A stretch of DNA of 64,000 nucleotides, taken from the NCBI GenBank assembly GCA_963681965.1, contig OY820579.1, positions 3,200,001 to 3,264,000 on the forward strand. The letters run 5' to 3'. Source of the stretch: a bacterium (GTDB taxonomy: Bacteria; Electryoneota; JAOADG01). Below, piece by piece: positions 41,597-51,996 of the stretch (position 1 is the stretch's first letter; every line of letters starts with the position of its first letter). A program made the position numbers and the translations under genes. Below the pieces are notes generated by a model. It had not been told where the DNA came from and made no database searches. It saw nothing but the letters and a program-made list of their open reading frames with translations.

Positions 41597-42955
41597 CTAT
41601 TTACTGAGCATCTTACGCAATAACGGTGCAAAACTTCCCGGATACAGAACGATTGGCGTCGTTGAAATTGCCGATTGTAAATCCTCGAGCGACCAATCAT
41701 CGAGGAAGAGACCATCGCCGTTGACGACATCGGGCGGAAGTACGATCAAATCGGAATTTATTCCGTGGTTTTCCAGTGCCTGCCAGATATCTTGTCCTGT
41801 CAGCAAATTCGCGACGGTAACGACATCCCCCCAGAACACATTGTGCACCGATAATACTTCAATTTCCAATTGCGGAATCGCTTCGCACAGCAATGGAGCA
41901 ATTTTTTCTTGCATCCAGGACCCTGCCGATCGACCGGTAACCCATGTCCAACGCACTTTACGCGGTAGTCGCTTGATCCAGCGCGGACGCTCGTTCAGCG
42001 TATCCAACTCCAACTTCCGCAACATCCCAACGCCATTCTCGAATTGTTCGAACGCGCCATAATATTCTACTGGCGGTGGCTCGATCCCGGCAATACAAAA
42101 CCACTCGTCGGCACAGAAAACGATCGGGTTGCCCAGCTTCGTCTGAAATTGCTCGCGCCACACCCAATGTCGCTCGATCACTTCTGCGGCTTCCGCCACC
42201 GTTGGTGTCCGGAGCGGTGTCAATCCATCGCGGTATTTCGTCAGACCCACTGGAACCAGTGACAACGAACCTTCAGCCGGTAGCACTTCGAGCAATTGCT
42301 GAACGGAATCTTCCAACACCTCCCCATCGTTCCAGCCGGGTACCACCACGATTTGCGTGTGGATGTTGACATTGCCATCTACCAGCTTTTTGATTTTCGG
42401 CAAAACTGGATCCGGTTTCGGCAATCCGATCAATTGCTGGTGTCGCAGTGGATCCACCACTTGAACCGAGATATACTGCGGTGACAAATGCTGCTGAATA
42501 ATCCGATCCAGTTCGGCTGTCTGAACATTTGTTAGCGTGATAAAATTGCCGTGCAGAAAACTGTAGCGGTAATCGTCGTCTTTTACATGCAATGTCGGTC
42601 GAAGATACCCCGGTTGCTGGTCGACAAAACAGAACACACACTTGTTCCGGCACTGTCGAATCGATAATCCCTGCAGCTTGATCCCCGTATCTTCTTCACT
42701 CGACTTCTCAATAACTGCTGAGTACGTTACCCCAAATCGCAGATATTTTACTTCGAGCCGGGTATCGATCTCGCGAAACCGGAAATCCAATTCATCGCGA
42801 ATCCGCTGTCCATTCACTTCCAACAATTGATCTTCCGGAAGCAGTCCGGCTCGATCCGCAGGCGAATCCGGTGCAACCTGATGTATCGTCAGACCGGGAA
42901 GTCTGACGGGGTGTTCACTGCTTTTGACCAATCCTTCGGAAATGACTTGCGACAT
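41597..42955 (-). CDS. PDZ + DUF512 radical-SAM-like protein
   Basis: N-terminal PDZ, CRNKCVFC, KDDDYRYSFLHGNFITLTN, VPVGLT, QFENGVG. Confidence 0.88.
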   Translation of the reverse strand: MSQVISEGLVKSSEHPVRLPGLTIHQVAPDSPADRAGLLPEDQLLEVNGQRIRDELDFRFREIDTRLEVKYLRFGVTYSAVIEKSSEEDTGIKLQGLSIRQCRNKCVFCFVDQQPGYLRPTLHVKDDDYRYSFLHGNFITLTNVQTAELDRIIQQHLSPQYISVQVVDPLRHQQLIGLPKPDPVLPKIKKLVDGNVNIHTQIVVVPGWNDGEVLEDSVQQLLEVLPAEGSLSLVPVGLTKYRDGLTPLRTPTVAEAAEVIERHWVWREQFQTKLGNPIVFCADEWFCIAGIEPPPVEYYGAFEQFENGVGMLRKLELDTLNERPRWIKRLPRKVRWTWVTGRSAGSWMQEKIAPLLCEAIPQLEIEVLSVHNVFWGDVVTVANLLTGQDIWQALENHGINSDLIVLPPDVVNGDGLFLDDWSLEDLQSAISTTPIVLYPGSFAPLLRKMLSK

Positions 42956-43013
42956 TGATTATTTTTTCCACATTTATCATTACGTATTGCTTGAAAATTA
43001 ATTCTGATCAGAA

Positions 43014-43170
43014 GTAGGGGCGGACCCCCGTGTCCGCCGAAATCTTTTTCACGTACAGACCTCTGTATCTGCCGCAGATATTCGTAGGTACAGACTTCTT
43101 CTGTATCTGCCGCAGATATCCGTAGGTACAGACACTCCTGTCTGTACATGTCCGCCGTGTGGCGGACACC
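43014..43170 (+). repeat. REP / BIME-like palindrome cluster
   Basis: REP at 43014-43038; three GTA(GGTA)CAGAC-headed units (43053, 43084, 43122; 38-bp period between the last two); terminal hairpin TGTCCGCC-GTGT-GGCGGACA. Confidence 0.75.
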
Positions 43171-43256
43171 GAATCATCACACCTTCAATTTCAAGAACCA
43201 CAATATGTAATACGATTTCCCTGATCATCTTTACTTTTTTACCGCACTGATAATAT

Positions 43257-43282
43257 AAAAAAAGCCGGTTGACCCGGCTTTT
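43257..43282. terminator. Terminator after tRNA-Gly
   Basis: A-run-GCCGG-TTGAC-CCGGC-T-run. Confidence 0.75.
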
Positions 43283-43292
43283 GAACTGATTG

Positions 43293-43365
43293 AGCGGCTG
43301 ACGGGGCTCGAACCCGCAACACCCAGCTTGGGAAGCTGGTACGCTACCAATTGCGTTACAGCCGC
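43293..43365 (-). tRNA. tRNA-Gly(CCC)
   Basis: GCGGCTG/CAGCCGC acceptor, CCAGC-TTCCCAA-GCTGG anticodon arm, GTTCGAG T-loop. Confidence 0.97.
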
Positions 43366-43457
43366 AGTATACATGATTTCCGAATAATATAACTAGAACC
43401 AAACTCCCGAACAAGATCCATCGATTTCCCATTCCTCAACCCGCATTCAATCCACCA

Positions 43458-43487
43458 TAAAAAACAAGGGTGAGAAAACTCACCCTT
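43458..43487 (-). terminator. Terminator after lepB
   Basis: AAGGGTGAG-TTTT-CTCACCCTT followed by a T-rich tail on the minus strand. Confidence 0.75.
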
Positions 43488-43497
43488 ATCAATACTC

Positions 43498-44274
43498 TCA
43501 CCGGATAATCCGCAACAATCGTTTCCACCGGATGAATTCCCAGAATTGATAAAACGGTGTCTCGAAATCGATCGACAGATAGATGATTTGCGCTTTACCA
43601 ACCACGTTTTCCAGCGGTAGAAATCCCCAGTACCGGCTATCGCCGCTGTTATCGCGATTATCGCCCATCATGAACAATTGACCTTGGGGAATTTTAACCG
43701 GTCCGTAATTATCGGCATTTCCGGCATCGCTCGGTACAATTCCATATTCTTGAAATCCTGCCGGTCGCATCGGACGATCGGAAAGAATCCCTTCCGGCGG
43801 AAGTGGCATCTCTTTGCCATTGACGAAAACTCGTTTGTTGCGAATCTCGACCGTCTGTCCACCCACTGCGATGCATCGCTTGATGTAATTCAATTTCGGA
43901 TCGAGTGGATATTTGAATACCAGCACGTCGCCTTGGTGCGGTTCGCGAATTTTCGGCAACTTGTAGTAAGGGATACTTACGCCAAAATCGGTATAGGGAA
44001 TTCCCAACCAATCGGGACTCTTCATCCCATAAACGAATTTATTCACCAGCAGAAAATCACCGATCAACAGCGTATTTTCCATCGATTGCGACGGAATGCG
44101 AAATGCTTCGGCAACACCACTGCGAATCACAAAAACCATCAGGATGATCGATGCGATCGATTCGAATAGTTGCCGACCGCGCGATTTGCCACCCTCTTTC
44201 GCAAGTCGATTGTGTCGCTTTAACCGCCAGGCTTCTACACGTTCCTTGAAGCTCTCCGGCTGTTGTTCTTCCAT
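43498..44274 (-). CDS. lepB: Signal peptidase I
   Basis: IPSQSMENTL, YIKRC, GDNRDNSGDSRYWG. Confidence 0.97.
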   Translation of the reverse strand: MEEQQPESFKERVEAWRLKRHNRLAKEGGKSRGRQLFESIASIILMVFVIRSGVAEAFRIPSQSMENTLLIGDFLLVNKFVYGMKSPDWLGIPYTDFGVSIPYYKLPKIREPHQGDVLVFKYPLDPKLNYIKRCIAVGGQTVEIRNKRVFVNGKEMPLPPEGILSDRPMRPAGFQEYGIVPSDAGNADNYGPVKIPQGQLFMMGDNRDNSGDSRYWGFLPLENVVGKAQIIYLSIDFETPFYQFWEFIRWKRLLRIIR

Positions 44275-44341
44275 TTTACCACCGCTCGTTGCTTGGTGTG
44301 ATTAAAAAAATCCAGTGACTCGGAACAAATAACGCTATAGA

Positions 44342-46141
44342 CTAATCGACTTTCAAGATTTCAATGAAGGCTTCTTTCGGAATCTCGACACTGCCGATCT
44401 GCTTCATTCGCTTCTTGCCCTCTTTTTGCTTCTCAAGTAGCTTCCGCTTGCGCGTGATATCGCCGCCGTAGCACTTCGCCAATACGTCTTTCCGCATGGC
44501 ACTGATCGTGGCTCGGGCAATGACTTTTCCACCGATCGATGCTTGAATCGCGACCACAAACAGTTGTCGAGGGATCAATTCGCGTAATTTATCGACTGTG
44601 CGTCGACCCCAGTCGTACGCTTTTTCATTGAACACAATCATCGACAGACCGTCGACCGGCTCACCGTTGATCAGAATATCCAACTTGGTCAACTTCGCTT
44701 CGCGATAATCCTTCAATTCGTAATCGAAGCTGGCATAACCCCGTGTAATCGACTTCAACCGATCGTAGAAATCGAAGACAATTTCCGCTAACGGAAATTC
44801 AAACGTCAATCTTGAGCGATCGGAAGAAAGAAATTCCGTGGTATGATAGATACCGCGTCGCTCCATCGCCAACTTCATGATTGCCCCGATAAATTCGGAT
44901 GGTGCAATCGTCGAAGCACTCACATACGGTTCTTCGGTTTTGACGATATTGGTCTGATTCGGCCAGTGTGCTGGATTGTCGACGATCTTACACTCATTGT
45001 CGGAGGTATACACTTTATATTCCACCGACGGAACAGTTGTAATCAGATCAAGATTGTATTCCCGCTCCAACCGCTCCTGCACGATTTCCATGTGCAACAA
45101 ACCAAGAAAACCACAACGGAAACCAAAGCCCAACACACCCGACGTTTCCGGTTCGACAAACAGCGATGCGTCGTTCAATTTCAATTTGTCGAGTGACTCG
45201 CGCAAGTCTTGAAAGTAATCGGCTTCGGTCGGATAGAGACCGGCAAAAACCATCGGTTTCGGTTCGTGGTAACCGGCAAGCGGTTTTTCACAACTGTGAT
45301 ACCGATGAGTGACCGTATCCCCGACACGCGTTTCCTTGACTTCTTTCGAGCCGGTAATTAAATAACCCACCATCCCCGGTGTCAGTTCCTCGCACGGAAA
45401 TCGACCCATTCGAAGCGATCCGATCTCTTCCGCCTCATAGAACGCACCCGAGCGGAAGAATTTCACCCAATCGCGTCGTTTCAATGTACCGTTGATAATC
45501 CGGATATAGGCGACGGCACCGCGATAGATATCGTACATCGAATCGAAAATAATCGCCTGCAACGGTTGATCGGCTTGCCCGACTGGTGCCGGAACCCGCG
45601 CAACAATCGCTTCGAGCAGCATCTCGATATTCGTACCGACTTTACCCGAAACTGGAATTATCTCTTCCGGTTTACAACCCAACAAGTCGGTGATCTGATG
45701 CGAAACGTCTTCGATTTGCGCCGACGGCAGATCAATCTTGTTGATTAAGGGGATAATCTCTAGATCGGCATCCAGCGCCAGATACAGATTCGATAGCGTC
45801 TGCGCTTCGATCCCTTGAGCGGCATCGACTACCAGCAACGCGCCTTCGCAGGCGGCTAGCGAGCGCGAGACTTCATAGGTAAAGTCGACGTGTCCCGGAG
45901 TATCGATCAAATTCAGCAAATATTCGACACCGTTTTTGGCGGTATAGTGCATCGATATCGCATGAGCTTTGATCGTAATGCCACGCTCGCGTTCCAGATC
46001 CATGTCATCCAGAACCTGATTGGACATCTCACGCTCGGGAATCGTGTGCGTAAATTCGAGCAGACGATCGGCTAACGTCGATTTGCCATGATCGATGTGG
46101 GCGATAATACAAAAATTGCGGATTCTACTTAGGTCTCTCAC
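44342..46141 (-). CDS. lepA: Elongation factor 4
   Basis: [30 protein letters not shown]; likely GTG start at 46141. Confidence 0.99.
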   Translation of the reverse strand: MRDLSRIRNFCIIAHIDHGKSTLADRLLEFTHTIPEREMSNQVLDDMDLERERGITIKAHAISMHYTAKNGVEYLLNLIDTPGHVDFTYEVSRSLAACEGALLVVDAAQGIEAQTLSNLYLALDADLEIIPLINKIDLPSAQIEDVSHQITDLLGCKPEEIIPVSGKVGTNIEMLLEAIVARVPAPVGQADQPLQAIIFDSMYDIYRGAVAYIRIINGTLKRRDWVKFFRSGAFYEAEEIGSLRMGRFPCEELTPGMVGYLITGSKEVKETRVGDTVTHRYHSCEKPLAGYHEPKPMVFAGLYPTEADYFQDLRESLDKLKLNDASLFVEPETSGVLGFGFRCGFLGLLHMEIVQERLEREYNLDLITTVPSVEYKVYTSDNECKIVDNPAHWPNQTNIVKTEEPYVSASTIAPSEFIGAIMKLAMERRGIYHTTEFLSSDRSRLTFEFPLAEIVFDFYDRLKSITRGYASFDYELKDYREAKLTKLDILINGEPVDGLSMIVFNEKAYDWGRRTVDKLRELIPRQLFVVAIQASIGGKVIARATISAMRKDVLAKCYGGDITRKRKLLEKQKEGKKRMKQIGSVEIPKEAFIEILKVD

Positions 46142-46217
46142 GGTCCTACTTAAATTTAAATCAAACATTTAATATACGAAGATGCAGCTCAGAAGTGAAT
46201 TAACGCTTAGAGCCGAA

Positions 46218-46242
46218 TGGCGCAGGACTGCTCCTGCGCCAT
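46218..46242. repeat. Intergenic palindrome between pyrC and lepA
   Basis: TGGCGCAGGA-CTGC-TCCTGCGCCA with no T-tail. Confidence 0.5.
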
Positions 46243-46261
46243 CCAGTGTGTTATCAAATTG

Positions 46262-47608
46262 TTACGAATTGGTTTCAACCAAAAAACAATACTGCCCTTT
46301 ATTAACGATCCCATACGCTTTCCCGGTTAACTCCCAACCGTGAAACGGCGTATTCCGGCTCTTCCCCGCCAACTTGAATTTATCGACGGTCCATGTTTGA
46401 TCCGGATCGAAAATAGTTAAATCGGCATCAGCCCCGACCTCAACCGGATTCGCAGCCAGCCCGAGCGCTTGTCGCGGTCCGATCGTCAATTTCCAGATCA
46501 ATTCTGGCAACGCCAACACACCACTCTTCACCAATTCCCGTACTGCCAAGCCAAAGGCGGTCTCCAACCCCACAATTCCGAACGGCGCATATTCAAATTC
46601 GAGTTCCTTCTCTTCAGGAGCATGCGGAGCATGATCGGTCGCAATCGTACCGATCGTCCCGTCTTTCAATCCCGCGCGAACTGCTTCTACATCGACTGAA
46701 CTGCGCAGTGGTGGATTCATTTTCAAATCGGTCGAGAATGATTCGATGCAAGCATCGGTCATTGAACTTGTGAAATGATGCGGTGTCGCCTCACAAGTAA
46801 CCTTCACGCCTCGACATTGTGCCTCGCGAACTAATTCGATACTCCGAGCCGAGGAGATATGACAGATGTGAACTGGACAATTCAGATACTCCGCGAGGAG
46901 AATGTCGCGAGCTACCATCACATCTTCTGCTACTGTCGGCATCCCCGGCAATCCGAGCGTGGTACTCCACTCGCTCTCATTCATCACCCCTTTGCCGACC
47001 AGCGATTTATCCTCGGCATGACTGAAGAACTTGACACCGAATGTCGAGCCGTATTCCATCACTTTCCGCACCATCCCGCTGTCGCTGACTGGCGAACCAT
47101 CGTCGGACACTGCTGTCACACCGATATCGGATAAATCTGCCAGCTCGGTAAGTTCTTTGCCCGCACGCCCTTTGGTCGCGGCAGCAATCACCGAGAGCGA
47201 TACCGGATGCGCTTTTCCGCAATCGAGCACCCATTTCACGATCGCAGCATGATCCAGCGCCGGTTCGGTATTCGGCATACAGGCAACGCCGGTAAATCCA
47301 CCCACCATCGCACTGTTCAATCCACCCAGAATTGTCTCTTTGTATTCGAAACCAGGTTCGCGCAAATGGACGTGGAGATCGAACCAGCCCGGCGAAACCA
47401 TCTTGCCATTCAAATCGAACTCTTGACAGGCTTCGCACTTCAGCGCGTCGTCACCCATCGCCGAAATCTTCCCGCGTTCGATAAAGAGATGAGTTTCGAC
47501 AACTGCATAATCGCGATGGGGATCGCACAATTTTACATTCTTCAACAACAACGATGCGGCAGGAATTTGTTCCCAACCTACTGGCAATGTGACACACGAA
47601 TTATCCAC
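46262..47608 (-). CDS. pyrC: Dihydroorotase
   Basis: DLHVHLREPG, MPNT, KMNPPLR, TDHAPH. Confidence 0.96.
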   Translation of the reverse strand: MDNSCVTLPVGWEQIPAASLLLKNVKLCDPHRDYAVVETHLFIERGKISAMGDDALKCEACQEFDLNGKMVSPGWFDLHVHLREPGFEYKETILGGLNSAMVGGFTGVACMPNTEPALDHAAIVKWVLDCGKAHPVSLSVIAAATKGRAGKELTELADLSDIGVTAVSDDGSPVSDSGMVRKVMEYGSTFGVKFFSHAEDKSLVGKGVMNESEWSTTLGLPGMPTVAEDVMVARDILLAEYLNCPVHICHISSARSIELVREAQCRGVKVTCEATPHHFTSSMTDACIESFSTDLKMNPPLRSSVDVEAVRAGLKDGTIGTIATDHAPHAPEEKELEFEYAPFGIVGLETAFGLAVRELVKSGVLALPELIWKLTIGPRQALGLAANPVEVGADADLTIFDPDQTWTVDKFKLAGKSRNTPFHGWELTGKAYGIVNKGQYCFLVETNS

Positions 47609-48557
47609 GATTGATCCCCCTGCAAAGTAAATATAGAATCGCCATGCGCACCGCAACGCCGTTGGTGACTTGATCGAGAATCACGCTATGTTCGCCGTCG
47701 GCGACATCGTGATCGATTTCCACACCCCGATTGATTGGACCGGGATGAAGAATTGTCAACGGTTTCGGTGCTTTATCAAGCAACCGTTTTGTGATACCGT
47801 AGTGAATACGGTACTCGCGTAATGACGGTATTGCTGCCCCCGCCGCGCGCTCCAATTGGATCCGCAATACATTCAATGCATCGCTGTTCTTGATCGCATC
47901 TTCGACTTTGGGATAAACAATGATGCCTAATTTCTCAATGTCACGCGGAATCATCGATGCCGGTCCGCACACTGCAGGAATTGCGCCGGCAATTTTCAAT
48001 GCGAATAAGTTGGACATCGCTACCCGGCTGTGCGCAATATCGCCGACCAGCGTTACGCGCAATCCTTCCAGTACCCGAAAACGCTCGCGCAACGTGTACA
48101 GATCCAGCAGCGCTTGTGTCGGATGCTCGTGTGCACCATCGCCCGCATTGATCACCACGCTTTTAATGCGATCGGAGAGAAACCACGGTGCTCCCGGTGC
48201 CGAGTGACGCATCACCACGGCATCGATCTTCATCGCTTCGATATTCCGTACCGTGTCGAGTAACGTTTCCCCTTTCGAAACGCTGCTGCCGCCTGCCGCA
48301 AAATTCAAAACATCGGCACCCAAGCGCTTCTCGGCTAGTTCGAAACTGATTCGAGTACGTGTGGAGTTTTCGAAAAACAAATTGACGACTTGCACACCGC
48401 GAAGGGTCGGCAGATTTCGTACCGGACGTTCCAGCACTTCCCGGAAAGTGCGTGCCGTATCTAGATACAATAATAAATCGCGCGTCGACATCCCGCGAAT
48501 CCCCAACAGGTGACGGGAAGTCGGTGTCGCACTCGGTAGATGAGTTGTCTGCTCCAT
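47601..48557 (-). CDS. pyrB: Aspartate carbamoyltransferase catalytic subunit
   Basis: FENSTRT, HPTQ, RIQLER, HPGP. Confidence 0.98.
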   Translation of the reverse strand: MEQTTHLPSATPTSRHLLGIRGMSTRDLLLYLDTARTFREVLERPVRNLPTLRGVQVVNLFFENSTRTRISFELAEKRLGADVLNFAAGGSSVSKGETLLDTVRNIEAMKIDAVVMRHSAPGAPWFLSDRIKSVVINAGDGAHEHPTQALLDLYTLRERFRVLEGLRVTLVGDIAHSRVAMSNLFALKIAGAIPAVCGPASMIPRDIEKLGIIVYPKVEDAIKNSDALNVLRIQLERAAGAAIPSLREYRIHYGITKRLLDKAPKPLTILHPGPINRGVEIDHDVADGEHSVILDQVTNGVAVRMAILYLLCRGINRG

Positions 48558-49094
48558 TTATTCCTCCACCCCGTGAATGACGACGCTGTCTTCGCCATCG
48601 ACTTCTGCCATTTTCACTTTCACTTTGTCGGCGATATTGGTCGGTACATTTTTACCGACATAATCGGCGCGGATCGGCAATTGACGATGACCGCGATCGA
48701 TCAATACCAGCAACTGAATCCGCTTCGGACGTCCGAAACTGATCAATTCGTCGATCGCCGCGCGAACACTTCGACCGGTAAACAACACATCGTCTACCAG
48801 AATAATATTCTTACCGTCGATCGGAAACGAGAGATGGTTGCCCATCGGAATTTCGCTTTTCAATGTCGTGCGATAATCGTCGCGGTACAACGTTACATCG
48901 ATCGATCCGCATTCGATCGATCGTCCCTCGATTTCGCCCAACATCGCTGCAATCCGCTCTGCTAGCGGAACACCGCGCGTTTGGATACCGACCAATGCGA
49001 AATCTTCGCCGCCGGCACGCTCGGTTACTTCATGCGCCAATCGTCGAACGGTTCGTTCGAATGCTGCCGCATCGAGAACTACGTGTGGTGCCAT
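48558..49094 (-). CDS. pyrR: Pyrimidine attenuation regulator / UPRTase PyrR
   Basis: GIQTRG, TLYRDD, LVDDVLFTGR, DRGHRQLPI; SD AAGGAG. Confidence 0.97.
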   Translation of the reverse strand: MAPHVVLDAAAFERTVRRLAHEVTERAGGEDFALVGIQTRGVPLAERIAAMLGEIEGRSIECGSIDVTLYRDDYRTTLKSEIPMGNHLSFPIDGKNIILVDDVLFTGRSVRAAIDELISFGRPKRIQLLVLIDRGHRQLPIRADYVGKNVPTNIADKVKVKMAEVDGEDSVVIHGVEE

Positions 49095-49129
49095 GATTCT
49101 CCTTTCAGAATCGTTGCTCAAGGCAACCT

Positions 49130-49225
49130 AAAAAACAAATACGCACCCGAGGCGGATGCGTATTGTCGACACTCACACAATTCGCGACCGCCTCTTGGTA
49201 CCCTCGCTGGAGTACATTAAAGAGG
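49130..49225 (-). promoter_or_regulatory. PyrR-binding attenuator (binding loop, antiterminator, terminator)
   Basis: Minus strand CCTCTTTAATGTACTCCAGCGAGGGTACCAAGAGG; GAGGCGG can pair with CCGCCTC; terminator AATACGCATCC-GCCTC-GGGTGCGTATT followed by a T-run. Confidence 0.85.
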
Positions 49226-49285
49226 ACTACTGTCGAAATGTTTCGCAGCCGATCAATTCCGATTTCGACTGCGTGATGAAAATTC

Positions 49286-50233
49286 TTATTCAGCCGACGC
49301 TTGGATTCTTCCCTGTTCGTCGTAATTGAAGAAACCGCGTCCAGTTTTCTTGCCTAAGTTACCACCGCGAACCAGCTTTTTCAATAGCGGGCAGGGTCGA
49401 TACTTAAGATCGCCTAAATCATGGAATAACTCTTCCATCCACAGCAGTACTTCGTCGAGACCGATCGAGTCGGCTAGCTGTAACGGTCCAATATTCAAGC
49501 CGTAACCGAGTTTCAATGCGGTATCGATACCTTCCGCCGAAGCAACGCCTTCCATCAACACGTACATAGCTTCATTCAACATCGGAAGGATCACGCGGGT
49601 TGTCACATATCCGGGAGATTCATAGACTTCGACATACTGCTTGCCAAGACGCGAAGCAATCTTGCGAACAAAGTCGTACGTCGCTTGACTGGTCTTCAAT
49701 CCACGGACAATTTCCACCACCGGCATTTTCGGTACCGGATTCAAGAAATGCATACCGATCACCCGGTCGGCACGTTGCGTTACCGTCGCCAATTCCGTCA
49801 ACGACAAGGTCGATGAATTGGATACCAGAATTGCATCGCGCTTCAGCAGCGAATCGAGCTTGCGGAACAGCAATTTCTTAGCATCCAACACTTCGGGAAT
49901 CGATTCGATTACGAGATGTTCGCCGGCAACGGCATCGATCTCTATCGCACCTTTGATGCGGGACAAGATTGCGCGTTTTTCCGAACCGGTCATACCCCAG
50001 CGATTGATTTCCTGATCGAGATCGTCGGACAACGACTTCATACTCTGTTTCAAGCACTCGTCGCTCTGTTCGACCAAAATGACTTCAATCCCTTTCGCCG
50101 CGGCTGTCCAAGCAATACCGCGACCCATCTGACCGCCGCCGATGATACCGATTTTTGCTAAATTACTCGCCGTGATCTCTTCAACGGCTTGTTCGGGCAT
50201 GACGCCCAGGATGTCTTGTAGTGTTTCAGCCAT
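49286..50233 (-). CDS. hbd: 3-hydroxybutyryl-CoA / 3-hydroxyacyl-CoA dehydrogenase
   Basis: [32 protein letters not shown]. Confidence 0.88.
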   Translation of the reverse strand: MAETLQDILGVMPEQAVEEITASNLAKIGIIGGGQMGRGIAWTAAAKGIEVILVEQSDECLKQSMKSLSDDLDQEINRWGMTGSEKRAILSRIKGAIEIDAVAGEHLVIESIPEVLDAKKLLFRKLDSLLKRDAILVSNSSTLSLTELATVTQRADRVIGMHFLNPVPKMPVVEIVRGLKTSQATYDFVRKIASRLGKQYVEVYESPGYVTTRVILPMLNEAMYVLMEGVASAEGIDTALKLGYGLNIGPLQLADSIGLDEVLLWMEELFHDLGDLKYRPCPLLKKLVRGGNLGKKTGRGFFNYDEQGRIQASAE

Positions 50234-50258
50234 GATCCTGTCAAACTCCTAATTGTGC

Positions 50259-50675
50259 TTAGTGCGACAGATAATTGTCGCGGAAGAAAAAGTCGGTCTC
50301 GATTGCACCATTCTCGACGGAATCGCTACCGTGAACGGCATTCGCCTCGATCGATCGGGCAAACAATTTCCGAATTGTACCGGGTTCGGCTTTTGCGGGA
50401 TCGGTCGCACCGATCACTTTGCGCCAGTGGGATACCGCATCGTCGCGACCTAACGCGATGACAACGACCGGACCGGAAGTCATGTATTCGACTAACGAAA
50501 CGTAAAACGGGCGTTCGCGGTGAACGGCATAAAACTGCTGTGCCTGTTCTTTCGATAGCTGCATGGCACGCAATCCGAGCAGTTGGAATCCTTCACGTTC
50601 GATGATGTGAAGAATGTCACCCACGTGGTTGCCGGCAAATGCGTCGGGTTTGATGATACAGAGGGTTCTTTCCAT
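50259..50675 (-). CDS. ndk: Nucleoside diphosphate kinase
   Basis: [17 protein letters not shown]. Confidence 0.98.
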   Translation of the reverse strand: MERTLCIIKPDAFAGNHVGDILHIIEREGFQLLGLRAMQLSKEQAQQFYAVHRERPFYVSLVEYMTSGPVVVIALGRDDAVSHWRKVIGATDPAKAEPGTIRKLFARSIEANAVHGSDSVENGAIETDFFFRDNYLSH

Positions 50676-50888
50676 TCGATTCAACTCCTAATGGCTCATA
50701 ACGAGAAAAATATTCAGCAAGAAAGATAACACTAAAGAGGTGGCTGGAACAAAATTTCACAAATGAACGAGTTCGACTTCTAATAACATCATTGTGAAAT
50801 CTCGGAAGTATACTATAAGTACAGTGTTTTCAAATTATTTGGTCGTGGTTGACCGGCTCATATTGAAAAACAATTGATCTCGGCTTAT

Positions 50889-51389
50889 CTAAACATCTGA
50901 AGACGAACCTTCAGAAGTAAGTTCCCGTAACCAGACATAATAATCCGTTATCGCTGGGGTGTTCCCCGCTGCCCGCACCCGTGACGCAATTTGACCGCGA
51001 TGATAGGTACTATGATTGACCACATTGAACAGGATTTCTTCGACAACCGCTTGATTGGCATTCCCCCGGATATCCCGAAACGGAATCAGATCCGCCAATT
51101 GACTCTCGGTAAGCGAGGACATGAAAGTTTTGATTGCTTCCGTCAATTCGGACAGTTTCGCTTCGCATTCGGAAACTGTCCACGTCGGAAACACTTCCTT
51201 CTGCAGCGCCAGATACGGTTCGGAACCATATTCAAGCTTGTTCAATCGAGCCAACCAGAGCCGATTCGCCCCGATAAGGTGACCGAACAGCTTCAATCGA
51301 TTGTCGGAGCTGTCGGTCACATCGGAGATCGAAACGAACGTCCGTTGATTCGCCCAATTGTTGTAGGCAATCAGTCTATTCGGATTCAT
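50889..51389 (-). CDS. DinB-family protein
   Basis: YNNWAN, GHL, NHSTYHRGQ. Confidence 0.88.
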   Translation of the reverse strand: MNPNRLIAYNNWANQRTFVSISDVTDSSDNRLKLFGHLIGANRLWLARLNKLEYGSEPYLALQKEVFPTWTVSECEAKLSELTEAIKTFMSSLTESQLADLIPFRDIRGNANQAVVEEILFNVVNHSTYHRGQIASRVRAAGNTPAITDYYVWLRELTSEGSSSDV

Positions 51390-51996
51390 AAGATTCGGTT
51401 TTGGATTTCTGTTCACCGGCTTTCGGAACATACACCGGTCCGTCTTTGAGCAATTTCTCGCCCCAGATAAATCCGGTTTCCAATGCTTTCAAATTCAGTT
51501 GTTCGGTGCCTTTCGGAGCGTGACGTAAAACCGCTTTACGCACTGAATCTTCTTCGACGACATTGGTCATTTTTACCATTGCGCCTAGTGCCACCACCGA
51601 ACTCATCACCATTTTACCGACTTCGCGTTTAGTGACGAGAATAATCGGCATCGAATACACCTTTGCCGGAGCATTGGCATAATTCGTTACGAGTGACGGT
51701 TCCACCAGAATGATTCCATCGGGACGAGTATCCCCTACGAACCGTTCGTAGGCGCGTTGCGACATTGCTAAAAAGAAATCGACTTCATTTGCCTGCGGGA
51801 AAATAATCCGTTCGGCATCCAAAATCACATCCACTTTCGTCGCTCCGCCACGAACTTGAGCGGTGTACTGCGGTGACTGAACGGTTTGCAAACCTTCGAA
51901 AAACGCTGCCGCGTCGGCTAAGATTGCACCGGCTAGAATAACGCCTTGACCACCCACAGCACCAAATCGAGCTTCGTAATGTGTCCACGTTCGCAT
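51376..51996 (-). CDS. korC: 2-oxoacid:ferredoxin oxidoreductase gamma subunit
   Basis: GAVGGQG, VRGG, NLKALETG. Confidence 0.88.
   Translation of the reverse strand: MRTWTHYEARFGAVGGQGVILAGAILADAAAFFEGLQTVQSPQYTAQVRGGATKVDVILDAERIIFPQANEVDFFLAMSQRAYERFVGDTRPDGIILVEPSLVTNYANAPAKVYSMPIILVTKREVGKMVMSSVVALGAMVKMTNVVEEDSVRKAVLRHAPKGTEQLNLKALETGFIWGEKLLKDGPVYVPKAGEQKSKTESYESE

Noticed and set aside
43051-43170. Possible mini CRISPR array
   Set aside because: The units are contiguous with no unique 25-45 bp spacers, no cas genes are present, and the GTAG heads indicate REPs
43049-43601. ORFs of 127 and 81 aa
   Set aside because: They overlap tRNA-Gly, terminators and the REP cluster
50753-50872. 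Two AT-rich stems between dinB and ndk
   Set aside because: Weak stems with large loops; no recognisable RNA family or operator
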